The notes: generated by a model from the letters alone, not told the origin. A stretch of DNA of 32,015 bases from a virus (IMGVR_UViG_2706794662_000017), one strand, 5' to 3'; positions 8,794-17,899 are shown, numbered from the stretch's first letter. Program-made: numbers and translations.

Positions 8794-8978
8794 GTCTAGT
8801 TCCCTTAACAAGTGTTAAAAATTGAAGCGGATAGCATACCGCATAGATCATGAAAAATGCCATCATGTGCATGGATTTGCATGCGTCAGAAGTCGCTTTT
8901 ATTGTTAGTTATCACTAGCGCTGGCGTGCTCTTGGAGTGTTCATGCAACTGCATTAAAACCGCCCCATGAAGCGGGCG

Positions 8979-8997
8979 GGCGAGGCGGGGAAAGCAC
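8979..8997. other. cos: cos site, 19-nt cohesive-end sequence GGCGAGGCGGGGAAAGCAC
   Basis: Exact match to the P2 cohesive-end 19-mer as I recall it, located just upstream of Q where P2 cos lies. Confidence 0.6.
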
Positions 8998-9135
8998 TGC
9001 GCGCTGGCGGTGGTGCTGATTTTATTTTCCAGCGTCTCAGCGCGTCGTGACGGCGCTTAGTCTGCCCGTTGGGCGTTGGTGTGTCTGCGGGATTTTTTGT
9101 GCGGTGATGAGCGTGTGAGGGCGTGATGGCGGGGT

Positions 9136-9160
9136 GTAAAAAAGCCGCCCGCAGGCGGCG
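9136..9160 (-). terminator. Rho-independent terminator downstream of Q (minus strand)
   Basis: GC stem GCCGCC / GGCGGC (9144-9159) followed on the minus strand by a U-tract (plus-strand AAAAAA 9138-9143), directly 3' of the Q stop. Confidence 0.5.
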
Positions 9161-9164
9161 ATGT

Positions 9165-10199
9165 TCAGCCGTTGTCAGTGTCCAGTGAGTAGTTTTTAAA
9201 GCGGATGACCTCCTGACCGAGCCAGCCGTTTATCTCGCGGATCCTGTCCTGTAACGGGATAAGCTCATTGCGGACAAAGACCTTTGCCACTTTCTCAATA
9301 TCACCCAGCGACCCGACGTTCTCCGGCTTGCCCCCCATCAACTGAAAGGGGATGCGGTGCGCGTCCAGCAGGTCAGCGGCGCTGGCTTTTTTGATATTAA
9401 AAAAATCGTCCTTCGTTGCCACTTCACTGAGCGGGATAATTTTAATGCCGTCGGCTTTCCCCTGTGGGGCATAGAGAAACAGATTTTTAAAGTTATTGCG
9501 GCCTTTCGACTTAACCATGTTTTCGCGAAGCATTTCGATATCGTTGCGATCCTGCACGGCATCGGTGACGTACATGATGTATCCGGCATGTGCGCCGTTT
9601 TCGTAATACTTGCGGCGGAACAGCGTGGCCGACTCATTCAGCCATGCAGAGTTAAGGGCGCTGAGATATTCCGGCAGGCCGTACAGCTCCTGATTAATAT
9701 CAGGCTCCAGCAGGTGAAACACGGAGCCGGGCGCGAAGGCTGTCGGCTCGTTGAAGGACGGCACCCACCAGTAAACATCCTCCTCCACGCCACGACGGGT
9801 ATATTTGGCCGGTGAGGTTTCCAGTCTGATGACCTTACCGGTGGTGCTGTAACGCTTTTCCAGAAACGCATTACCGAACACCAGAAAATCCAGCACAAAA
9901 CGGCTGAAATCCTGCTGGGAAAGCCACGGGTGCGGGATAAACGTTGAAGCCAGAATATTACGTTTGACGTAAATCGGTGAGCTGTGATGCACGGCAGCAC
10001 GCAGGCTTTTTGCCAGACCGGTAAAGCTGACCGGCGGCTCATACCATCTGCCGTTACTGATGCACTCGACGTAATCCAGAATGTCACGGCGGTCGAGTAC
10101 CGGCACCGGCTCACCAAAGGTGAATGCTTCCATTTTCGGGGCGCTGGCGGTGATTGTTTTTGCCGCAGGTCGCGGTGTTTTCCCTTTTTTCTTGCTCAT
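9165..10199 (-). CDS. Q: Portal protein (P2 gpQ)
   Basis: 344 aa, near-identical to P2 gpQ as I recall it (MSKKKGKTP...SLDTDNG). Confidence 0.95.
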   Translation of the reverse strand: MSKKKGKTPRPAAKTITASAPKMEAFTFGEPVPVLDRRDILDYVECISNGRWYEPPVSFTGLAKSLRAAVHHSSPIYVKRNILASTFIPHPWLSQQDFSRFVLDFLVFGNAFLEKRYSTTGKVIRLETSPAKYTRRGVEEDVYWWVPSFNEPTAFAPGSVFHLLEPDINQELYGLPEYLSALNSAWLNESATLFRRKYYENGAHAGYIMYVTDAVQDRNDIEMLRENMVKSKGRNNFKNLFLYAPQGKADGIKIIPLSEVATKDDFFNIKKASAADLLDAHRIPFQLMGGKPENVGSLGDIEKVAKVFVRNELIPLQDRIREINGWLGQEVIRFKNYSLDTDNG

Positions 10200-11971
10200 C
10201 AGTAAAACTCCAGAATGGTGGATGTCAGCGGAGTGCTGATACCGGCGGTGAGTGGCTCATTTAACAGGGCGTGCATGGTTGCCCAGGCGAGGTCGGCGTG
10301 GCTGGCTTCCTCGCTGCGGCTGGCCTCATAGGTGGCACTGCGTCCGCTGCTGGTCATGGTCTTGCGGATAGCCATGAACGAGCTGGTGATGTCGGTGGCG
10401 CTGACGTCATATTCCAGACAGCCACGGCGGATGACGTCTTTGGCCTTGAGCACCATTGCGGTTTTCATTTCCGGCGTGTAGCGGATATCGCGCGCGGCGG
10501 GATAGAACGAGCGCACGAGCTGGAACACGCCGACACCGAGGCCGGTGGCATCAATACCGATGTATTCGACGTTGTATTTTTCGGTGAGTTTGCGGATGGA
10601 CTCCGCCTGGGTGGCAAAGTCCATGCCTTTCCACTGGTGACGCTCAAGTATTCTGAATTTGCCACCGGCCACCACCGGCGGTGCCAGCACCACGCATCCG
10701 GCGCTGTCGCCACGGTGTGACGGGTCGTAACCAATCCATACCGGGCGGGAGCCGAACGGATTTGCGGCAAACGGCGCGTAGTCTTCCCATTCTTCCAGCG
10801 TGTCGACCATGCAGCGTTGCAGCTCCTCGAACGGGAACACCGATACCTTGTCGTCAACAAATTCACACATGAACAGGTTTTTAAAATCGTCGGCGCTGTT
10901 TTCGCGTTTGAGCTGCTCAATGTCGAACAATGTGCAGCCGCCTTTCAGGGCGTCCTCAATGGTGACAATCTGCCGCCACTGGCCGTCCGCACAGAGAAGA
11001 CCACCGGCAAGGGCGTTATGACTGACGTCGATTTCCACACGTTCGGCGGCGCTGGCGCGTCCCCGGTTGAACAGTTCACCCGACCAGAACGGGTAGGCGT
11101 CGTGCGCCAGCGTGGACGGGGTGGAGAAATAGGTCGAGCGCAGGTGACTCTGTGAGGCCATACCTGATGCCACCTTACGCAGTACCTGAAAATTCGGGAT
11201 CCAGAAAATCTCGTCGACGTACAGGTCGCCGTTATGGCTCTGTGCGGTGTTGGAGTTGGTGCCGAGAAAAATCAGTTTTGCGCCGTTATTGCCCAGGACA
11301 ATCGGGTCACCGGTCAGGTCAACGTCAACCAGACGAGCAAAGGCGATGATGTATTCACGGAACACATACGCCTGCGTTTTACTGGCCGACAGAAAAATCT
11401 GGTTATGGCCGGTTTTCAGGGCGCGCAGCAGCGCCTCGCGGGAAAAATAAAACGTCGCGCCAATCTGGCGGGATTTCAGGATATCGCGGATGCGGTGCTC
11501 AAGCCCGGCACGATACCAGTGCAACTGATAGTCGAAAGACTGCTCAAAGAAAATCTGCTCCAGCTTTTCGATGGCCTCGTCACTGAAAAAATTCTTTTTC
11601 GGTTTGCGACGCCCGCCTTTGTTGCGGTTAGCGATGTTCGGATTAAGGTCTGCCTCGTTGCCGGTCTGGCTGTAGCGGTTTACCCGTGCCAGTCGTTCAA
11701 TCTGGCGTCCGAGCAGGTCAATTTCCTTGAAGTCACCGCCGGTTTTCTGCGGTTTGATGATGAGCTGGGTCAGCCGCGCTTCCAGACTCATTTCGACACG
11801 GCTGATGGGGGCAACACTGTCCCAGCCGTCGCGCTGTTTCCAGCTCTGCACCGTCGGGCGTTTCATCTGCAACATGGCGGCAATCTGCGGCACGGAAAAC
11901 CCCTGCCAGTACAGCAGCGCCGCCTGACGACGCGGGTCGTGTAAAAGAGTGGTGTCTGTGGTGATGGTCAT
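10199..11971 (-). CDS. P: Terminase large subunit/ATPase (P2 gpP)
   Basis: P2 gpP-like from MTITTDTTLLHD (ATG 11969-11971), 590 aa; the ORF track starts 10 codons earlier. Confidence 0.95.
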   Translation of the reverse strand: MTITTDTTLLHDPRRQAALLYWQGFSVPQIAAMLQMKRPTVQSWKQRDGWDSVAPISRVEMSLEARLTQLIIKPQKTGGDFKEIDLLGRQIERLARVNRYSQTGNEADLNPNIANRNKGGRRKPKKNFFSDEAIEKLEQIFFEQSFDYQLHWYRAGLEHRIRDILKSRQIGATFYFSREALLRALKTGHNQIFLSASKTQAYVFREYIIAFARLVDVDLTGDPIVLGNNGAKLIFLGTNSNTAQSHNGDLYVDEIFWIPNFQVLRKVASGMASQSHLRSTYFSTPSTLAHDAYPFWSGELFNRGRASAAERVEIDVSHNALAGGLLCADGQWRQIVTIEDALKGGCTLFDIEQLKRENSADDFKNLFMCEFVDDKVSVFPFEELQRCMVDTLEEWEDYAPFAANPFGSRPVWIGYDPSHRGDSAGCVVLAPPVVAGGKFRILERHQWKGMDFATQAESIRKLTEKYNVEYIGIDATGLGVGVFQLVRSFYPAARDIRYTPEMKTAMVLKAKDVIRRGCLEYDVSATDITSSFMAIRKTMTSSGRSATYEASRSEEASHADLAWATMHALLNEPLTAGISTPLTSTILEFY

Positions 11972-12144
11972 GAATACCTCGCCGTGATGAATACACGGCA
12001 AGGCTACTGAGTCGCGCCCCGCGATTCGCTAATGTGCTGTTGTGTCAGTGATAAACCATCCGGGACTGATGGCGGAGGATGCGCATCGTCGGGAAACTGA
12101 TGCCGACATGTGACTCCTCTAATCACTATTCAGGACTCCTGACA

Positions 12145-12999
12145 ATGGCAAAAAAAGTCTCAAAATTCTTTCGTATCGGCGTTGAGGGTGACACCTGTGA
12201 CGGGCGTGTCATCAGTGCGCAGGATATTCAGGAAATGGCCGAAACCTTTGACCCGCGTGTCTATGGTTGCCGCATTAACCTGGAACATCTGCGCGGCATC
12301 CTGCCTGACGGTATTTTTAAGCGTTATGGCGATGTGGCCGAACTGAAGGCCGAAAAGATTGACGATGATTCGGCGCTGAAAGGCAAATGGGCGCTGTTTG
12401 CGAAAATCACCCCGACCGATGACCTTATCGCGATGAACAAGGCCGCGCAGAAGGTCTACACCTCAATGGAAATTCAGCCGAACTTTGCCAACACCGGCAA
12501 ATGTTATCTGGTGGGTCTGGCCGTCACCGATGACCCGGCAAGCCTCGGCACGGAATACCTGGAATTCTGCCGCACGGCAAAACACAACCCCCTGAACCGC
12601 TTCAAATTAAGCCCTGAAAACCTGATTTCAGTGGCAACGCCTGTTGAGCTGGAATTTGAAGACCTGCCTGAAACCGTGTTCACCGCCCTGACCGAAAAGG
12701 TGAAATCCATTTTTGGCCGCAAACAGGCCAGCGATGATGCCCGTCTGAATGACGTGCATGAAGCGGTGACCGCTGTTGCTGAACATGTGCAGGAAAAACT
12801 GAGCGCCACTGAGCAGCGCCTCGCTGAGATGGAAACCGCCTTTTCTGCACTTAAGCAGGAGGTGACTGACAGGGCGGATGAAACCAGCCAGGCATTCACC
12901 CGCCTGAAAAACAGTCTCGACCACACCGAAAGTCTGACCCAGCAGCGCCGCAGCAAGGCCACCGGTGGTGGCGGTGACGCCCTGATGACGAACTGCTGA
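12145..12999 (+). CDS. O: Capsid scaffolding protein (P2 gpO)
   Basis: P2 gpO-like from MAKKVSKFFRIG (ATG 12145), 284 aa; the ORF track extends further upstream. Confidence 0.9.
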   Translation: MAKKVSKFFRIGVEGDTCDGRVISAQDIQEMAETFDPRVYGCRINLEHLRGILPDGIFKRYGDVAELKAEKIDDDSALKGKWALFAKITPTDDLIAMNKAAQKVYTSMEIQPNFANTGKCYLVGLAVTDDPASLGTEYLEFCRTAKHNPLNRFKLSPENLISVATPVELEFEDLPETVFTALTEKVKSIFGRKQASDDARLNDVHEAVTAVAEHVQEKLSATEQRLAEMETAFSALKQEVTDRADETSQAFTRLKNSLDHTESLTQQRRSKATGGGGDALMTNC

Positions 13000-13057
13000 C
13001 CGGCGTCAGTCAGTCCGGGAAAACCTTCACGATTAACCCTTAATTTCAGGAAAAACT

Positions 13058-14130
13058 ATGCGCCAGGAAACCCGCTTTAAATTTAATGCTTACCTGTCCC
13101 GTGTTGCCGAGCTGAACGGCATCGACGCCGGTGATGTGTCGAAAAAATTCACCGTTGAACCGTCGGTCACCCAGACCCTGATGAACACCATGCAGGAGTC
13201 CTCTGACTTTCTGACCCGCATCAACATTGTGCCGGTCAGTGAAATGAAAGGGGAAAAAATTGGCATCGGTGTCACCGGCTCCATCGCCAGCACCACCGAC
13301 ACCGCCGGTGGCACCGAGCGTCAGCCGAAGGACTTCTCGAAGCTGGCGTCAAACAAGTACGAATGCGACCAGGTTAACTTCGATTTTTATATCCGCTACA
13401 AAACGCTTGACCTGTGGGCGCGTTATCAGGATTTCCAGCTCCGTATCCGTAACGCCATTATCAAACGCCAGTCCCTTGATTTCATCATGGCCGGTTTTAA
13501 CGGCGTGAAGCGTGCCGAAACCTCTGACCGCAACAGTAATCCGATGCTGCAGGATGTGGCGGTCGGCTGGCTGCAGAAATACCGAATGAAGCCCCGGCGC
13601 GCGTGATGAGCAAGGTCACTGACGAGGAAGGCCGCACCACCTCTGAGGTTATCCGCGTGGGTAAGGGCGGTGATTATGTAAGCCTCGATGCACTGGTGAT
13701 GGATGCGACCAACAACCTGATTGAACCTTGGTATCAGGAAGACCCTGACCTTGTGGTGATTGTGGGGCGTCAGCTACTGGCGGACAAGTATTTCCCTATC
13801 GTCAACAAGGAGCAGGATAACAGCGAGATGCTGGCCGCTGACGTCATCATCAGCCAGAAACGCATCGGTAACCTGCCGGCGGTACGCGTCCCGTACTTCC
13901 CGGCGGATGCGATGCTCATCACGAAGCTGGAAAACCTGTCCATCTACTACATGGATGACAGCCATCGCCGCGTGATTGTGGAAAACCCGAAACTCGACCG
14001 CGTGGAGAACTACGAGTCAATGAACATTGATTACGTGGTGGAGGACTACGCCGCCGGTTGTCTGGTGGAAAAAATTAAGGTCGGTGATTTCTCCACACCG
14101 GCTAAAGCGACCGCAGAGCCGGGAGCGTAA
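13058..14130 (+). pseudogene. N: Major capsid protein gene (P2 gpN) split by a 1-nt frameshift near 13584-13585
   Basis: Two ORFs (13058..13606, frame 2; 13603..14130, frame 1) together give the 357-aa gpN; at the junction this sequence reads QKYRMKPRRA-stop, while the other frame reads NEAPARVMSKVT, matching the intact protein. Confidence 0.7.
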
Positions 14131-14133
14131 CCG

Positions 14134-14877
14134 ATGACGAGTCCCGCACAGCGCCACATGATGCGGGTCTCGGCAGCGATGACCGCGCAGCGGGAAGCCG
14201 CCCCGCTGCGACATGCAACTGTCTATGAGCAGATGCTGGTCAAGCTGGCCGCAGACCAGCGCACACTGAAAGCGATTTATTCAAAAGAGCTGAAGGCCGC
14301 GAAAAAACGCGAACTGCTGCCGTTCTGGTTGCCGTGGGTGAACGGCGTGCTGGAGCAGGGCAAAGGTGCACAGGATGACATTCTGATGACGGTCATGCTG
14401 TGGCGTCTGGATACCGGCGATATTGCCGGTGCGCTGGAGATTGCCCGTTATGCCCTGAAGTACGGTCTGACCATGCCGGGTAAACACCGCCGCACCCCGC
14501 CGTACATGTTCACCGAGGAGGTGGCGCTTGCGGCCATGCGCGCTCACGCTGCCGGTGAGTCTGTGGATCCCCGCCTGCTGACGGACACCCTCGAACTGAC
14601 CGCCACGGCTGACATGCCTGATGAAGTGCGCGCAAAGCTGCACAAAATCACCGGTCTGTTTCTGCGTGACGCTGGTGATGCCGCAGGTGCGCTGGTACAC
14701 CTGCAACGTGCGACACAGCTCGACTGTCAGGCAGGCGTCAAAAAAGAGATTGAACGACTGGAGCGGGAGCTGAAACCGAAGCCGGAGCCGCAGCCCAAAG
14801 CGGCCACCCGCACTCCGCGTAAGACCCGGAGCGTGACACCGGCAAAACGTGGACGCCCGAAAAAGAAAGCCAGTTAA
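14134..14877 (+). CDS. M: Terminase small subunit/endonuclease (P2 gpM)
   Basis: 247 aa, P2 gpM-like; lysine/proline-rich C-terminal tail. Confidence 0.9.
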   Translation: MTSPAQRHMMRVSAAMTAQREAAPLRHATVYEQMLVKLAADQRTLKAIYSKELKAAKKRELLPFWLPWVNGVLEQGKGAQDDILMTVMLWRLDTGDIAGALEIARYALKYGLTMPGKHRRTPPYMFTEEVALAAMRAHAAGESVDPRLLTDTLELTATADMPDEVRAKLHKITGLFLRDAGDAAGALVHLQRATQLDCQAGVKKEIERLERELKPKPEPQPKAATRTPRKTRSVTPAKRGRPKKKAS

Positions 14878-14976
14878 CAACCGAATGCGCCCCGCGCCAG
14901 GGCGGCACGCCGGTCAGTGACGGTGAATCACCTGACACTGCACCGGCGTCCACCGCCCGACTTTTCAGAGGTAGTC

Positions 14977-15486
14977 ATGATGACGCTGATTATTCCGCGA
15001 AAGGAGGCTCCCGTGTCCGGTGAGGGTACGGTGGTTATCCCGCAACCGGCAGGCGACGAGCCGGTGATTAAAAACACGTTCTTTTTTCCCGATATTGACC
15101 CGAAGCGCGTCCGGGAACGTATGCGCCTTGAGCAGACCGTCGCCCCCGCCCGTCTGCGTGAGGCCATCAAGTCAGGCATGGCGGAGACGAATGCGGAGCT
15201 GTACGAGTACCGCGAACAGAAAATTGCTGCCGGTTTTTCGCGTCTGGCTGACGTCCCGGCGGACGACATCGACGGTGAAAGCATCAAAGTTTTTTACTAC
15301 GAGCGCGCTGTGTGTGCGATGGCGACCGCGTCGCTTTATGAGCGTTACCGCGGCGTGGATGCCAGTGCCAAGGGCGACAAGAAGGCCGACAGCATTGACA
15401 GCACCATTGATGAGCTGTGGCGGGATATGCGCTGGGCGGTGGCGCGTATCCAGGACAAGCCGCGCTGCATCGTGAGTCAAATCTGA
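14977..15486 (+). CDS. L: Head completion protein (P2 gpL)
   Basis: P2 gpL-like from MMTLIIPRKEAP (ATG 14977), 169 aa. Confidence 0.9.
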   Translation: MMTLIIPRKEAPVSGEGTVVIPQPAGDEPVIKNTFFFPDIDPKRVRERMRLEQTVAPARLREAIKSGMAETNAELYEYREQKIAAGFSRLADVPADDIDGESIKVFYYERAVCAMATASLYERYRGVDASAKGDKKADSIDSTIDELWRDMRWAVARIQDKPRCIVSQI

Positions 15487-15689
15487 TGAAGACCTTTGCG
15501 CTACAGGGCGACACGCTCGACGCCATTTGTGTTCGGTATTACGGGCGCACTGAGGGCGTGGTCGAGGCCGTGCTCGCCGCAAATCCGGGACTGGCTGAAC
15601 TGGGGGCGGTGCTGCCACACGGCACCGCCGTCGAACTGCCCGACGTTCAGACCGCGCCCGTGGCTGAAACTGTCAATCTGTGGGAGTAA
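15486..15689 (+). CDS. X: Tail protein X (P2 gpX, LysM-like)
   Basis: 67 aa from MKTFALQGDTLDAICVRYYG, start overlapping the L stop. Confidence 0.85.
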   Translation: MKTFALQGDTLDAICVRYYGRTEGVVEAVLAANPGLAELGAVLPHGTAVELPDVQTAPVAETVNLWE

Positions 15690-15692
15690 CGC

Positions 15693-15974
15693 ATGACAGC
15701 AGAAGAAAAAAGCGTCCTGTCGCTTTTCATGATTGGGGTGCTGATTGTTGTCGGCAAGGTGCTTGCCGGTGGTGAACCCATCACTCCGCGTCTGTTTATC
15801 GGGCGCATGTTGCTCGGTGGTTTTGTCTCGATGGTTGCCGGTGTTGTTCTGGTGCAGTTTCCTGACCTGTCACTGCCTGCGGTGTGCGGCATCGGCTCCA
15901 TGCTGGGTATCGCCGGTTATCAGGTGATTGAGATTGCCATTCAGCGCCGCTTTAAGGGCAGGGGGAAACCGTAA
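15693..15974 (+). CDS. Y: Holin (P2 gpY)
   Basis: 93 aa with hydrophobic transmembrane stretches; position upstream of the endolysin. Confidence 0.85.
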   Translation: MTAEEKSVLSLFMIGVLIVVGKVLAGGEPITPRLFIGRMLLGGFVSMVAGVVLVQFPDLSLPAVCGIGSMLGIAGYQVIEIAIQRRFKGRGKP

Positions 15975-16471
15975 TGCCGGTAATTAGCACACATCAGAAT
16001 ATCGCCGCCTTTCTCGACATGCTGGCCGTGTCCGAAGGGACGGCGAATCATCCGCTGACGAAAAACCGGGGCTATGACGTGATAGTCACCGGACTGGACG
16101 GGAAGCCGGAAATCTTCACCGACTACAGTGACCACCCGTTCGCACATGGCCGACCGGCGAAGGTGTTTAACCGTCGCGGTGAAAAATCCACGGCCTCCGG
16201 TCGCTATCAGCAGCTTTACCTGTTCTGGCCGCACTACCGCAAACAGCTTGCCCTGCCGGATTTCAGTCCGTTGTCACAGGACAGGCTCGCCATTCAGTTG
16301 ATCCGCGAACGCGGTGCACTGGATGACATCCGGGCGGGACGCATTGAGCGCGCCATTTCACGCTGTCGCAATATCTGGGCGTCCCTGCCGGGTGCCGGTT
16401 ACGGTCAGCGTGAGCATTCACTGGAAAAACTGGTCACCGTCTGGCGCACCGCTGGCGGCGTACCGGCTTAA
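15974..16471 (+). CDS. K: Endolysin (P2 gpK)
   Basis: 165 aa, P2 gpK size and position. Confidence 0.9.
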   Translation: MPVISTHQNIAAFLDMLAVSEGTANHPLTKNRGYDVIVTGLDGKPEIFTDYSDHPFAHGRPAKVFNRRGEKSTASGRYQQLYLFWPHYRKQLALPDFSPLSQDRLAIQLIRERGALDDIRAGRIERAISRCRNIWASLPGAGYGQREHSLEKLVTVWRTAGGVPA

Positions 16472-16485
16472 ACGGAGTAAACACC

Positions 16486-16911
16486 ATGAAGAAATTATCC
16501 CTTTCACTGATGCTGAACGTGTCGCTGGCGCTGATGCTGGCACTGTCCCTGATTTACCCGCAGAGCGTGGCCGTCAGTTTTGTCGCTGCATGGGCGATTC
16601 TGGCGACGGTTATCTGTGTGATTGCCGGTGGTGTCGGCGTGTATGCCGCGGAGTATGTGCTGGAACGCTACGGGCGGGAGCTGCCGCCGGAATCGCTGGC
16701 CGTGAAGATTGTCACGTCGCTGTTTTTGCAGCCGGTGCCGTGGCGCAGACGGGCAGCGGCTCTGATGGTGATGGTGGCGACGTTTATCTCGCTGGTCGCT
16801 GCCGGGTGGATTTTTACCGCACTGATTTATCTCGTGGCATCGCTGTTTTTCCGGCTGATACGTACGGCCTGCCGTCAGCGTCTTGAGGGGCGGGAACCAT
16901 GTCAAAACTGA
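16486..16911 (+). CDS. lysA: Lysis timing protein LysA (membrane protein)
   Basis: 141 aa, strongly hydrophobic, P2 lysA size and position. Confidence 0.75.
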   Translation: MKKLSLSLMLNVSLALMLALSLIYPQSVAVSFVAAWAILATVICVIAGGVGVYAAEYVLERYGRELPPESLAVKIVTSLFLQPVPWRRRAAALMVMVATFISLVAAGWIFTALIYLVASLFFRLIRTACRQRLEGREPCQN

Positions 16912-17324
16912 TGATTGTGCTGGTTGTGTTGTTATCGCTGGCGGTGGCCGGTCTGTTTCTGGTGAAACACAAAAATGCCAGCCTGCGCGCCTTGCTGGAC
17001 AGGGCGAACAACGTCGCCAGTGAACAGCAGACGACCATCACCATGCTGAAAAACCAGCTTCATGTTGCCCTCACCAGGGCAGACAAAAACGAGCTGGCGC
17101 AGGTGGCACTGCGTCAGGAACTGGAGAACGCCGCGAAGCGTGAAGCTCAGCGCGAGAAAACCATCACGAGGTTACTTAATGAAAACGAAGATTTTCGCCG
17201 CTGGTACGGTGCTGACCTGCCTGATGCTGTGCGCCGGTTGCACCAGCGCACAGCCTGCGCAGACGCCAGTGATTGTCCACAACGCCTGCCCGAAAGTGAG
17301 CCTTTGCCCGATGCCGGGCAGTGA
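16899..17324 (+). CDS. lysB: Spanin inner-membrane subunit LysB (Rz-like)
   Basis: 141 aa, N-terminal transmembrane segment then coiled-coil-like region; P2 lysB size and position. Confidence 0.8.
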   Translation: MSKLMIVLVVLLSLAVAGLFLVKHKNASLRALLDRANNVASEQQTTITMLKNQLHVALTRADKNELAQVALRQELENAAKREAQREKTITRLLNENEDFRRWYGADLPDAVRRLHQRTACADASDCPQRLPESEPLPDAGQ

Positions 17325-17469
17325 CCCGCAGACGAACGGCGATTTAAGTGCTGATATCCGGCAGCTTGAGAACGCGCTGGCACGCTGTGCCAGCCAGGTA
17401 AAAATGATTAAACACTGTCAGGACGAAAACGATGCTCAAACCCGACAGCCTGCGCAGGGCGCTGACTGA
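17179..17469 (+). CDS. lysC: Spanin outer-membrane lipoprotein LysC (Rz1-like), embedded out of frame in lysB
   Basis: ATG 17179 inside lysB in another frame; signal peptide with lipobox (LMLCAGC); 96 aa as for P2 lysC. Confidence 0.65.
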   Translation: MKTKIFAAGTVLTCLMLCAGCTSAQPAQTPVIVHNACPKVSLCPMPGSDPQTNGDLSADIRQLENALARCASQVKMIKHCQDENDAQTRQPAQGAD

Positions 17470-17899
17470 TGCCGTCACGGTGCTGAAAACAAGCCCCGAG
17501 ATGCTGCGGATATTCGTGGATAACGGGAGTATTGCCTCCACACTGGCGACGTCGCTGTCATTCGAAAAGCGTTACACGCTCAACGTGATTGTGACCGACT
17601 TTACCGGTGATTTTGACCTGCTCATCGTGCCGGTGCTGGCGTGGCTGCGGGAAAATCAGCCCGACATCATGACCACCGACGAAGGCCAGAAAAAGGGCTT
17701 CACGTTTTATGCAGACATCAACAATGACAGCAGCTTTGATATCAGCATCAGCCTGATGCTGACCGAGCGCACGCTGGTCAGTGAGGTGGACGGCGCGCTG
17801 CATGTGAAGAATATCCCGGAACCTCCGCCGCCGGAGCCGGTCACCCGCCCGATGGAGCTTTATATCAATGGCGAACTGGTGAGTAAGTGGGATGAATGA
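17432..17899 (+). CDS. R: Tail completion protein R (P2 gpR)
   Basis: 155 aa, P2 gpR size and position. Confidence 0.9.
   Translation: MLKPDSLRRALTDAVTVLKTSPEMLRIFVDNGSIASTLATSLSFEKRYTLNVIVTDFTGDFDLLIVPVLAWLRENQPDIMTTDEGQKKGFTFYADINNDSSFDISISLMLTERTLVSEVDGALHVKNIPEPPPPEPVTRPMELYINGELVSKWDE

Noticed and set aside
8794-8811. TTG start extending the DUF262 ORF to 8811; likewise GTG 5914 for the methyltransferase and ATG 12079 for O
   Set aside because: An in-frame ATG with a properly spaced RBS lies just downstream in each case (8793, 5917), or the homologue-defined start (12145) is better supported.
9357-9815. Long antisense or overlapping ORFs inside GC-rich structural genes (for example 9357..9815+, 10271..10720+, 11234..11944+, 12504..12962-, 14281..14880-, 15172..15618-, 16504..16905-, 18047..18721-, 20337..21047-, 29092..29781-, 30599..31171-)
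   Set aside because: They lie entirely within well-supported P2-homologous genes on the opposite strand or in another frame; high GC content suppresses stop codons, so they are most likely spurious.
12002-12144. Search for a perfect TGT-N12-ACA late-promoter dyad in the divergent P/O intergenic region
   Set aside because: Only imperfect matches found; late promoters certainly exist here, but I cannot place them precisely by eye.
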